Source: Hyaloraphidium curvatum SAG 235-1
Lineage: Eukaryota; Fungi; Monoblepharomycota
Reading direction: 5' to 3'
Length of the DNA: 64,000 bases
Assembly (NCBI GenBank): GCA_025558095.1
Contig: JAIVFI010000017.1
Location: 496,001 to 560,000 of the forward strand
Below, piece after piece: positions 24,601-36,511 of this stretch (the stretch's first letter is position 1; every line of letters begins with the position of its first letter). The notes beneath the pieces were generated by a model. It searched no databases. It had not been told where the DNA came from and was given only the letters and a program-made list of their open reading frames with translations. A program made the translations under genes and the position numbers.

Positions 24601-26050
24601 AGGTCATCGACATGGGCGTCATGGTGCCGGCGGAAAAGATCCTCGACACGGTGGAGAAGGAAAAGGCCGACATCCTCGGCCTTTCGGGTCTCATCACCCC
24701 GTCGCTCGACGAGATGGTCTTCGTCGCCAAGGAGATGGAGCGCCGCGGCATGAGCGTGCCGCTGCTCATCGGCGGCGCCACCACGAGCAAGATGCACACG
24801 GCCGTCAAGATCGCCCCGCGCTACTCCAAGCCCGCGATCCACGTGCTCGATGCCTCGCGCTCCGTCGTCGTGGTCTCCAGCCTGCTCGACGAGACCAACC
24901 GCGATGACTACATCCAGGACGTCGCGGAGGAGTACGAGGACCTGCGCGACGAGCATTACGAGGGCCTGAAGGAGCGCAAGTACGTGCCGATCGAAAAGGC
25001 CCGTGCCGCTGGCATGCACATCAAGTGGGACGGGTACGCGCCGACCAAGCCCGCTTTCCTCGGCACCAAGCTCTTCAACGACTACCCGCTCGACAAGCTC
25101 GTGGGCCACATCGACTGGAACCCCTTCTTCCAGACCTGGCAGCTCCGCGGCAAGTACCCGAACCGCGGCTACCCCAAGATCTTCAACGATGAGACGGTGG
25201 GCGAGGAGGCCAAGAAGCTCTTTGCCGACGCCCAGCACTGGCTCAAGCAGATCGTGGACAAGAAGCTGCTCAAGACCCGCGGGATCGTCGGCTTCTACCC
25301 CGCCAACGCCGAGGGCGACGACGTCGTGCTCTACGCGCCCGACGACGACGGTGGCCGGACCAAGCAGGTCGGGACCTTCTTCGGCCTGCGGCAGCAGGCG
25401 GAGAAGGAGCCCGACTCGGGCGACCACTACCTCTGCCTCTCGGACTTTGTGGCGCCCAAGGCAACGGGGATCAAGGACTACGTGGGCGCTTTCGCCGTCT
25501 CGGTCGGCCTCGGCGTCGACGAGATCTGCAAGGACTTGGAGAAGGCGCACGACGACTACGCGATCATCATGGTCAAGGCCCTCGCCGACCGGCTGACGGA
25601 GGCCTTTGCCGAGCTGATCCACGAGGAGATCCGCCGCGCGCACTGGGGTTATGCACAGGACGAGCAGCTCACGGTCGAGGAGGAGCTCGCGGTCAAGTAC
25701 CGCGGCATCCGGCCCGCTCCGGGCTACCCTTCGCAACCGGACCACACGGAAAAGCAGTTCATGTGGAAGCTTATGGACATTGAAGCCCAGACGGGCATCG
25801 GCCTGACCGAGTCGCTGGCCATGACGCCCGCCGCGTCGGTTTCCGCGGTCGTCTTTGCCCACCCCGACAGCAAGTACTTTGCCGTCGGCAAGATCGGCCA
25901 GGACCAGGTGCGCTCTGGTGGCTCGCACACTTTTTTTCTTCCTGCTGACATTCTCTTGTTCAGATTACGGACTATGCTTCCCGCAAGGGGATGAAGAAGG
26001 ATGTCGTCGAACGCTGGCTGTCGAGCATCCTCAACTACGAGACGGAGTAA
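21678..26050 (+). CDS. metH: Cobalamin-dependent methionine synthase. Exons 21678-21768, 22161-24336, 24395-25907, 25964-26050
   Basis: DGAMGT, GLNCALG, GGCCG (Zn), NVGERCNV (pterin domain), DVHDIG (DxHxxG B12 ligand), SGLITPS, RPAPGYP (AdoMet reactivation domain). All three introns are in phase. Confidence 0.97.
21835..21943 (+). ncRNA. Candidate structured RNA element in metH intron 1
   Basis: 12-bp helix 21835-46/21911-22. Hairpins 21864-80, 21889-909 and 21923-43. Complementary loops AAGCAAU/AUUGUUU. Folded by eye only. Confidence 0.3.
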
Positions 26051-26513
26051 GCGACAGTGGACAACGGATGTCTGCCCTACTTCGCCGTCTTTCGGGCTGC
26101 TGGCTCACTGGTTGAGCTGCTTGTTGGAGCCCGCGACGTCGCGCCGTGGGACGCTCCGCAACTTGGATGTGGAGCGGACTCTTCGCGACTCTGAAGAACA
26201 TGGTATTGACCCTCAGGATTGCTTGGTCACTTTTGTACAGACAGATGAGCTGATAGATCGAAGCAATTATTGCAACCGCACTATGACCAGGTTGCCTGGC
26301 CGAGCATCGTTGCGTTCCCAACTAGGCGATCTTCGCAATGTGCTTGCTTTCCAAACGCCCCTCCACCTGCCTTCTGCCTCCTGGCCGACTATCGGCACTG
26401 GGCAATCTCATCGCCTCGGGGGGCTGTGTTAGGTGAGTTTTCGCGTCCGATCAAAGCCGCCACCAGTTTGTCAAACTTCAACACGCCCGCAGGCCGGTGA
26501 AGGCTCTCTGCCG

Positions 26514-28737
26514 ATGCCGCCACCGGCGGCGTGCCTGAATTGCCACGATTCGAAGAAGCGGTGCCTTCCGGGCGTTTCGGCGGGCTTCGGGGACGCCCGG
26601 TGCCTACGTTGCCTTAGACTCGGACGGCGCTGTGTCTGGCCATCGCCGTTGACCATCCCGGATGGGGGCAACGTGGACGGGAGCGGCAACGCCAGCGTGC
26701 AGCGTCGAAGGGCACCGAAGATTGTCTTCCCTTCCCTCGTGACACTGCCCGGCCTCGGCAAGTCAAATGACCCCGTTCGGACATTTGGCGCCACAAAGAA
26801 TACCGGCATCCCGTTCTCCCCAACCGGCTCGGTCCCCTCAGTGGTCGCCCGCGGCCCTCCCGTGACCTCGATGCCCCCGGCCGACGTCGTTCTCGCCGCC
26901 GTCGCCGGTTTCCTCGACACAGAGCACCTCTCGCTACACTACGTGAATCGCGCCGTCTTTGAAGCCGCGTTCACAGCATCCTCGGGCTCTCCGTCGCCCG
27001 AGATCCGGGCCGTGGCTATTCAGCTATATGGGGGCCCACCTCGGGCTCTACTCTACGCCATTGCTTCCGCGGGGATGCGGCGTGCGATGGTTCCGGGACT
27101 GGAGGACATGGTTCGGTGGCGGTTTGCCCGGGAGTGTGCCGTCATGGCGAAGGATCTGCTTCTGGCTGGGTACTATGCCCACTTGTCTGGAGGCTCTGGC
27201 GCTGGACCGGCCCGCACCCCCGTCTCGGAGATTGAGGCGCTGCAAACGCTTGGAGCTCTCAATTATGGGACGTATTTCTCGGGCTACTCGACAGCTGTCC
27301 GGTTACCGCTGCAGGAACGGATAAACGAGCTGTGCCTCAGCCTTTGTTTTGACTCTTCCGGTGCTCCCCGCTTTGGTCGTTTGCCGCCACGCGATTGCGC
27401 CGAATGGCTGAAAAGGGAAATCATCCAGCGCAACGCCATCGTGGTTTCTTGGGCAGGAGCAGATTGGTCATATTATATTTTCACGCCGATTCCCACGGAT
27501 TGGTTTTCGAAGCCGTTTTCTTTGCCCGCCGCGGACTTCTTTTTTGATGATCCAAATCCCATAGCGGCGTTCAATGCGCTGTACGGTGGACTGGCACCCC
27601 ACCGCTCCGTTGTCTTGGACTTTTCCCCGTTACTCCAACCGGACCCGGACTTCGCCCAAATCTCGGTCGCCGTGACTCTCGCCATCTCCTCGGTCTTCAA
27701 CGGGCAAGCGAGTGTCAAGGCACTCATGGCACTCAACGGCGCTGTGCGGGTCCACCGCTGCTTCATGCAGAATCTGGCCGTGCAGAGCGGTATTGACGTG
27801 ACTCGGATCGCGGCTTCGGACCCCGCGGACGACGACCCCATGGAGGCGCGGTACAGACGCTTATCAGCTGTATTCGACCACGTGATCTCTACGACCTACG
27901 CGGCGATGCCGCCGGGGATCGGTGCGGCCCTTATGGAAGGCGACCCGCGACCGTTGATCCGGTCTAGGATGTTCCCAGACGCGCGGCAAGCACACGTGGT
28001 GTTGGGATACATCCTCGCGCTCCGATCTACCGTGATTGAACATTGGGTATCTCCAGCTCCCCGGATCGATCCGAGTTTCTTTACCTCCCCCGCGCTTGCC
28101 CGGATCCTCGCAGAGGGCGTCACTATAATCGCCACCGCCACCGCGCAGCTTGACATTGATCCCCCGGGACCGACGTACTCGCATCTCGTGGCCTTTTATG
28201 CGGTGCTTAAGGCCGGGATGCTGGCCATTTCGGTGACCAGTTTGTTGAGGGAGTTGGGCGGGGTGGATGCGATTCATGTGACGGCGATACAGGCTGCGGA
28301 AGAGGATGCGTTGGGGGCTCTACGGTACCTCGAGGCATGCTGTGAAGTTGGATCGCCTCCAATCCGTATGTTTTCGTGTCTCGTTGGTGCCCGTCGCTTG
28401 AAATGGCCAATTGATTGTTCCTTCAGTCATGCTCAGTCTGCGGAGCTACCAAAGGGCCCTGGAACTCAACGACATCCGCCAACCCGCCAGCAACCTTTCA
28501 TCCTCCTTCACCCCGACCCCGGCTTACTCGCCCCCGCGCATCTACTCAGCCGGACAGCATGAGCCGTTCCTTCCCCGCACCCGGACCGACGGTTCGTCCT
28601 ACGGTGGCTCACCGCTGTCGTCCTACGGATCGGTAGCAGGCGGGAAGCAAAGTGAGGTGATAGGCAAGGGTGTGTTTGATGTGGATTCTGTGATTGGGGC
28701 TGTGGCCACGGCGGGGTACGGGTTGGATGGTTCCTGA
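26514..28737 (+). CDS. Fungal Zn(II)2Cys6 transcription factor
   Basis: ACLNCHDSKKRC..RCLRCLRLGRRCVW followed by a long helical middle region. Intron ~28367-28425. Confidence 0.85.
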
Positions 28738-28848
28738 AGATGGAACGGACTTTCTGCGACTCTGGAGAGCATGGTATCGGCACTCAGGATTGGTTCTACA
28801 GACATGTGAGCTGATAGATAACGAAAGCAGATAGCACAAATTGTCCGA

Positions 28849-30323
28849 TCAGAAGAGACATTCACTCCACGCCTCGCCGTCGATGCTCCCGTCCGGTGCC
28901 TTCCGCAGCCCGCGAATCTCGGACGGTGCACCAGCTCCTTCCTTGCCGACCTCGACGACGCTGTGAAGGTGGATCCGGAGGTCGACCTTGATCGCCCTTT
29001 TGTCGTCAGGCCCGACGTGGATCCAGGGAGAGGCGGGATCCATGATCGTGGCAAAGGCGTCGGAAAGAAGCTCTTGGAAAAAGAACCGGCCAGACGTGCC
29101 CAACTGCAGCAAGAGAACGTAGGATGTACGGTTCCAAGGGCCAACCGCTTGTTGAGAAGCAACGGGCCGGAGGGAGAACGCGAGGCGCGCATGGTGCACT
29201 CGAGTGTCCACGATCACCGGTCCTGACCTCACGGAGCCCGACCCGTAGATGAAGCTGTCGATCCGAAGCTTGACGGGGCCGGCGAAGAACGTGGCGGAGG
29301 GCAGCTGGACGCGCCAAAGAGGATCTTGCCTTTCCGCGTCGGTAGGGGCAACAAGGGCGTTCGGGAGGGAGATCGTGAGCTGCTGGTAGGCGCAGCATCC
29401 ATTGCCCGAATCGAGAGGAGGCAAGAGCGCTTTGAGGAGCCCGTGGTGATAGGAAACGAGGGAAAGGTGGGCAGCGAGGTCCTTGCGCTTCACCTGGTCG
29501 GCGATGTGCGTGAGCTGCGCAACGTTGTTCCCGAGAGGGGAACGAACCTTGCACGAGCATCCCGGTTCCGAGCACGAGATCATGCGGTGGTCGCAGGAGC
29601 TCGCGTGATCTTGAAGCGCGTCACGGGGAACGAGCTGGTCGCATCCATCGTTGCCGCAGGAGACGGGAACCTTCGGGCACACTCCCTGGTGATCCTGAAC
29701 GGCATGGGAAGCAGGTCAACCACAATATTGTGAAGGAAAGCAAGATCGATCACCTCCATCAAGGCGGGCGGCTTGATGACGGCGCCACAGTCGGAGCACT
29801 TGGCCTTGGTGCACGTATCCCAGTGAGCGGTGAGATCTGCGACATCTCCGATCCACGGACACTCCAGAGGGCACGGTGTCGACAGGTTGAGCAGGGTACG
29901 AAAGGCGAAAGCGTTCGTCTGCAACTTGACGAGATCGCGCGGTGCGAAAGGCCTGACGCATTGCGGACAGGTTGCCTTTCCGCCATGCGCATTCTTCCGT
30001 ACTTCTTCGATGCAAGCGAGGCAGTAGACGTGGGCGCACGGCAGCAGAATCGGCTCGCGGTGCGGGAAGGCGATCCCGAGGCAGACCGCGCACTCCCACA
30101 CCTTCCTGGCCCTTTCGGCGAATTGTTCATTGGCCGCGACGCGTCCCTCCTCTTCGACCTCCTGTTGCGCTTCGTTCCCGATTCCAGTGGAGCTCAACTT
30201 CCGCTTCGCACACGCTCCGGTCAGACCGCGCTCCGCCGACTGTCCGAGTCCGAGCAATCCAGACTCTTCGCGGTTTGGAATGGAGTCCACCCCGCCATCT
30301 TCGGAAGAAAGCGCAGCGCCCAT
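28849..30323 (-). CDS. RING + TRAF-type zinc finger protein (paralog A), 3 exons
   Basis: C3HC4 RING CAVC..PCAHVYCLAC..CPQC. TRAF fingers CPLECPWIG..HWDTC and CPKVPVSCGNDGC..HASSC. ~200-aa beta-rich C-terminal domain. Confidence 0.85.
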
Positions 30324-30489
30324 GAGCGCGCGCGGGAAGTGCGGCGAAAGGGAAAGTTGGTGTGAAGATCGGTGACGGGTCCGATCGCGAAACATCAAAC
30401 AGAGCCAAGGAAAAATGAGCTATGTTCATCGAAGGCTACAATCTAGGACAGACCCGTATCACTTGAAGCTCTTGCCGGCTTAGACTAGA

Positions 30490-32095
30490 TTAGAAAGGAC
30501 ACTCGCTCCACCGTTCGCCGTCGATGAAGCCATTGGCATCCTTTCCAAGCGCACTGTACTGAGCGGGTGATTCCGATCCTTCCTTGCCGACTTCGACGAC
30601 CTTGTGCAGGTAACAGCGGAAATCGATCTTGATCACCCTTTGTCCATCCTCCGTGTGGATCCAAGGCGAGCTGGGATTGTTCAGCACCGCACATGCGTTG
30701 GAGGGGAGCTTCTGAACGGGAGACGTAGTGCTCCGGCCGGCCAGAAGAGCATAGGTCGTGAAGTTCCAGCCAGAAGCACGATTGTCCGAACGCACCATTC
30801 TGAAGGAGAATGCAAGTCTGACGTGATGAAGTCGGGCGTCCGTGGCCAGTCCAAGCATAGCATGAAGGCAGTTGTCCGACAAGACTTTTATAGACACGCG
30901 AAACCTTAGGGGACCAGCAAAGACATTGACGGTAGATATCGTAAAGCGCCATGAGGGATCCTGCTTCTGTGCATCTGTACGGGCCGGAACCTTTGCCGGA
31001 AGCAAAATAATAAGCTGCTGATACGTCCAAGAGCAGTTGCCCGATGATAGAGGCGGAAGAATCTCTTTCAGACGGCGATTGTGCAGAGTAAAGTCGCTCA
31101 AGTGCGCGTCCAGGTCCATCCGCTTGACCTATCGCTTCAAAGTAAGCCAGCGCCATCACAATGGGCCATGACGGACGGGAGGTAAACGCGCAAGGACGGA
31201 TCCTGCTTCTGCGCATCCGTGGGCGGCACCAGGTCGTCCGGGAGAAAGATCGTGGCCCGCTGGTACGTGCTGCAACAGTTGCCGGACTCGAGCGGAGGGA
31301 AAAGCGCCTTGATCTGGGTGTAGTGGAGCTGGTAGTTGTCTCGGTGACGGGAAAGATCCTTGCGCTTCACCTGCGACGCTCGCGATAAGCTACCTTCCAT
31401 CGACTCTTTCCGAGAGCAACACACTTTCTCAATGCATCCTGGCTCGGAACAGGAAACCATGCCGTGGGGGCAGGTCTCAAGATGACCTTGAAAGGTCTCT
31501 CGCGGGACACGCTGGCCACACCCTTCGTTGCTGCACGGCACGGGGACCTTGGGGCAGACTTCGACATGGTCCTACGCAGCAGCGTTAATGAGCATTGTCG
31601 GCAGTGGATGCCCAGCGAACAGAATCTGACCTTCTTGGTGGCGGGAGGCTTGAACACATCGCCGCAGCCTTCGCACTTTGCATTCACGCACGAATCCCAG
31701 TGGCTTGAGAGGTCTCCGACGTCTCCAATCCAAGCGCATTCGAGGGGGCACGGCACCGAAAGGTTGAGCAGCACCCGATACGACAGCGCCTGACTCTTCA
31801 ACGGAACCAGATCGCCAACGCCGAACGCCTTCGAACACGACGGGCACGCAGAAGCTCCTTGCTCCGCTCTTTTGTGCACTTCCTCGATGCAGGGACGGCA
31901 GAAAACGTGCGTGCACGGGAGAACGGTCGGGTCGCGGTGCGGAAAGGCGATCCCGAGGCACATCGCGCACTCCCACTGCTTTCGCGCCTTTTCGACGAAG
32001 CTCGCGTTTGCCGCGTTGCGCCGCTCCTGCTCGAGCCGCTCGCGCTCCTCTTCGGCCTTTTCCGCCGCGGTCTTCTTCCGCTTCGAGCCGGCCAT
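30490..32095 (-). CDS. RING + TRAF-type zinc finger protein (paralog B) with two alternative last exons (31370-31137 truncated, 31128-30490 full)
   Basis: Same RING/TRAF layout and intron positions as paralog A. Two VKR-starting exons each follow an AG acceptor. Confidence 0.8.
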
Positions 32096-32424
32096 CGGTG
32101 CGGCCGCCGACGCGACGCGACGCGCGCGCCCCGAAGGGGCGGCCGACGCGCTAGGTAGTGAAAAGAGCCGTTTCCGACGGCGGCGTCGAGTATCTGCCCG
32201 CCGCAGGGGTCGGGGTGCGGTTTGCGCAGGACCGCGTGTCAGACGCAACAGGTTGCACCAACTGCGCTAGGGACTCGCTCACGACCACCGGCTACAGGAC
32301 GCAAAATCGTCAGAAAGAAAGAAAAGCAGACTGCAATTGACCGACTGTTGTACACGCGGATTGAACTGACCGTCATCCTTAACCAGCTTCCACATCCGAG
32401 CACAACCGACCCAACCTCCACACC

Positions 32425-33735
32425 TCAATCGAACAGCAGCGCGCCCATCATCATCCCCGTCGCCAGCCCTCCCGCTCCGTACAGCAGCGTGTTGTCGTTG
32501 TACCTGCTGTTGTACCCGGGCTGGCCTTGGACGACGACGACCGTGTTCGTCGGCGGCGGGCCGTAACGCACCGGCGGCGGACCGTACGGGGCCGGCGGGT
32601 ACTGGCCGGGGTACGGCTGGCCGTAGTATGGTTGGGGAGGATAGCCCGCGACGGCAGGGGTGTAGGGGGGGTAGCCGGGCGGCGGCGGCGGGCGCCCGTA
32701 CGGTGCCGGGGGAGGTGCCGCGGGCGGGTAGCTGGGCATCGGGGCAAGCTGCGACGGCGGGGGAGGGGGGATGCTGGGCGGCGGAGGGGGGCGCGCTCCG
32801 CCGACGGAAGGCGGGTGCTCGACGGCAGGGGTGCGGGGGTCGTCTGCAGGGAAAGGTGACGTAAGAGATATGGGTGTAAAAAGCACAGAGCTTTCGCACT
32901 CACCCCAAGTGATCTTGGGAGGCTGAACGCGCTCGTTCACAAAGTAGAATCTTTGGGAACGCTGGTCAAAGATCTGGATCCATCCCCTGGAAAGCAAAGA
33001 GCGTTAGCCGACGATCCAACTCAGTCCGGTTGTGATTCTTGAACTCACGGAGGCAAAGGACCACGAGGATCGTTCGGCCCGGGATGAGACGACGGGGCAC
33101 TGGCAGACGAGGAGTGACCGCCCTGCGCCGCCGGCTGCTCCACGGGCACAGCGTTGACGACTCCATCATCGTACGGCGGGGGCATGTCTTCGTCCAGTCC
33201 GTTCTCGAACGAGGAGCTGGCCGCGGCGGCGGACGACGAGCCGGCGTTTGCTTGCGCTGACGACGATGATCCCGCGTGCGCCGATCCCGCGCCCGATCCG
33301 GAGCCGGAGGAGCCACCCTGCGGCTGCCTCGCCAAGCCCTGTGCCACTAGCATCGGCGTGGGCGTCGGGTGCTCGGAGAACTGGTCGGAGTAGTTGGTCG
33401 GACGCGACGCGCCGGAGGATCCGAACGGGTTCGACGATGCGTGGCCCGCGGTGGGAGCGGGTGCCGTGCTCGCCGATGCGGAACTGCCCGATGAGAAGGG
33501 GTTTGCTCCGCGCGCCGGGGCGGCGGCGGGCGCGGGGGGAGGCGGTGCCGGGGCAGTGAGGCGAGGGTCGTCCCATTGCACGGTGGGCGGGTCGGTCTTC
33601 TCGTTTACCTGCGCGGAACGGTCAGTGGGGGGTTGAGGAGAGGGAAGGGAGACCCACGTAGTATGTGTCGCCAGAGTCGGGGTCGACCACGGCTATCCAG
33701 CCGGGGGGGAGCGGCTCCTTCTCGGCGTGCGGCAT
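32425..33735 (-). CDS. Two-WW-domain protein with a Pro/Tyr/Gly-rich tail (Wwm1-like), 4 exons
   Basis: LPPGWIAVVDPDSGDTYY|VNE..QWDDP and LPP|GWIQIFD..FYFVNE..ITW|DDP. Tail GAGGLATGMMMGALLFD. Confidence 0.85.
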
Positions 33736-33987
33736 CGGGGGAGACAACGAGCGGGCGGCGCAAGAAGGGCTTCGCTCTGCGCGTGCCCTAGTCGCGGGCA
33801 AGTACGGACGCCGAAACCGACGGGCGGCGCGGCAGCGGAGATAGCGGCCTTGGACGTGCAGTGACTTTGCGGAGTCACGGAGGCCTGCGCCACGCCGGTC
33901 GCGCACAGCACTTCCGTGGACCTTCGACGATCGAGCACCATTACCGCTCGAATCGAGATGTTGGGACATGTAAGAGAATCGTATTGC

Positions 33988-35045
33988 TCACAGGTGGGCT
34001 CTGACCGCGGATGCCCAGCGGGCCATGCCGTCGGCGAAGCTAGTATGCCTCTGCTCCCAACCAAGCAGCTCGCGGGCCTTCGTGATGTCAAACTCACTAG
34101 AGTTGGCGGAGAAGACCTCGATCGGCGTCCTCGGCTCGCGGTAGGTCACTTTTCCTGGATCGGGTCGCAGTGAGGAAAGGAAACGGGCGCTGGGCGCCCT
34201 GTTCTCACCCTTGAACCCGTTCAGCTTGATTATCGCGTCCAAAATGTCCGAACGCTTTTCCGCCTTAGCATTGATCACGTTGAAGATCTGCCCCTTGACC
34301 TTCGGATCGTCTTTGCGTTCCAGCACGGCCAGGTAGGCCTGTGCGAGATCGTCCACGTGCACCGTCGGCGAGAGCTGGTCCGGGGGCACCGGAAGCGCGA
34401 TCGCGGCCTCGGAGCCGGCAGGCAGCGAGGCAATCATCCTCGCGGCGTTGGCGCCGCCCCTTCCGTAGACCAGCCCGGGTCTGATGACATAGCCGGTCCA
34501 GTCCGAGCTCCCGATGACGCGTTTCTCGAATGCAGGGCGGAAGGCGACGAAAGGAGGCGGTTGCGGTTCGTCGGATTCGGTCAGAGGCCGCTTGAGCTTG
34601 CTCCACGCGTCCCCATAGACCTGATGCATCTCCCGGTCAGTGTTGCCAAACATGGCCAACTGGGCCGTGGGCGGCGTCCTGGAACACCCACCCCGGTCCC
34701 GCTGGTGTAGAGGAAGTAGCCATTCTTCAAGCCCTTTGCCTTCCTCGCCTGCGCCCACAGGTTCGCCGCCCGCTCCACCATCTTTGCGTGCCCCTCGCGG
34801 TCGTCATTGTTCTGGCTCGCGTCGAGCAGCACTTCTGCCTCGGCCGCCGCGTCCGCCCACGCCTCGGGCCGGTCGAGCGCGCCGACGACGGGGCGGATCT
34901 CGTCCTTGGCCAGCTCCTTGGCCTTGGCCTCCGTGCGAGCGAGCGCAAGGACGGGATACCCGTGGAACAGGAGGAGCCGGGAGACGGATTGGCCGATGAA
35001 GCCGGTCGCGCCGATGACGAACACGGCGGGCAGGGAGGGAGGCAT
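33988..35045 (-). CDS. NAD-dependent epimerase/dehydratase (atypical/extended SDR)
   Basis: GATGFIG, LYTSGT..VYGD, IRPGLVYG, VHVDDLAQAY, KARELLGW. 2 introns. Confidence 0.85.
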
Positions 35046-35224
35046 GGTAAAGCGAAGGGCCGATGGCAATTCCGTGGGAAGAGGACGGCTCGCGCGTGCG
35101 ATGAACGGAGGGAGACAGATTGCGTGATTCCCTCAGGCAGGTGGTCCAGCGGACGCACGCGGGAAGTCAAGGTCGCGTCGTCATTTGTGAAATGCCATCA
35201 ATGGGAGAAAAGCTATCCGTTCCT

Positions 35225-36335
35225 CTATGCCTCAGGCCTCGTCTTCTCCTGGGACATCCTGTAGACGCCTCGGATCTCCTCGTCGTTCTGGATGGGACGC
35301 TTCTTAGCAAGAGCGCGAACGCAAAACAAGAGCACCCACGTGCGTCGACAAATGCAGGTCCCTGATCAGCCCGTCGTCGACCCTGTAGCACCATCCGTGG
35401 ACGGAAAGCTTCTGCCCCCTGCTCCACGCGTTCTGCACGATGCTGGTGTGGCACACGTTCTCGACGCTCCGTGCCACGTTGAGCTCGCAAAGGAGGTCGG
35501 CCCGCGCGGAGAAATCGGGGATGGGTTCGAGCTGGTGGTGGTGGATGTAGTACAGGTCCTTGATGGCCCGGAGCCAGTTGTCGAGGAGGCCATACTGCTT
35601 GGTCCTGGAGGGGAATGACAATCAGCAGCCGAAAAGACCCGGTTCCAATCGTGCAACTCACCCCATTGCTGCCAGCACTCCTCCGCACGCGTAGTGACCG
35701 CACACGATGATGTGCTTCACCTTGAGCGCCTCCACCGCGTACTGGATGACCGACAGGCACGACAAGTCCGTGTGGTTCACGCAGTTGGCGATGTTGCGGT
35801 GGACAAAGACCTCCCCCGGCAGCAGGCCGACGATCTGGTTCGCCGGGACGCGCGAGTCCGAGCAGCCGAGCCAAAGGAAATCGGGCTGCTGCTGCTTGCT
35901 GAGGGCCTCGAAGAAGCCGGGCAGGTTCTCCCTGGTCTCCTTGGCCCACTTCCGGTTCTCGGCGAGGAGGTCCTCGATGGTCACTTCGCGTTTGAACGAG
36001 TCGCCGCCGCTGTCCGTCGGGGAGGTGGAGGAGGAGTATCCCCGGCGGGAAAGCGAGGGCAGGATGGAGGAGGACGGCGAGGAAGGGGTCCCCGTGAGGA
36101 AGCTATGCAACGTCGGCACCGCCGCTCCGGTGCCGGAGGAGGACGGCGCCGCGGAATGGCGCTGCGATTGTCCATGTTCCCATGGCGCGTGTGCTCCGCC
36201 GCAGCCGCATGTTGACGGCGCCTCGCGTCCCGCGGAGGTCGAGAAACGGGCCGCAGCGGGGACAACGACTCCCGCACGTCTCGGAGCGGACCCCAACGAA
36301 GCTCCTCGAAGCAGACACCGGGCCAGGGACGCCAT
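35225..36335 (-). CDS. Beta-carbonic anhydrase with a probable mitochondrial presequence
   Basis: [30 protein letters not shown]. Arg/Ser/Ala-rich N-terminus. Confidence 0.93.
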
Positions 36336-36511
36336 TTCTTGTCAACTTCGTGGCGTCTCAGAAGGCCAGGGCGAGGCGTCGGTAGCTGTCCGCCCCTCTC
36401 GTCCGGAGCCTCAAGGGCGACGTACCACAAGGAGGCCGAAAGCACAAGTGTCCAGCTCAGGATAAACAAATCTGTACAACGAGCCAAGGAAGGACGACAC
36501 ATCGTGCGATC

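Noticed and set aside
22139-25928. Long antisense ORFs (740 and 531 aa) over metH, and similar shadow ORFs throughout the window
   Set aside because: These are expected from high third-position GC. They have no recognisable motifs and mirror real genes.
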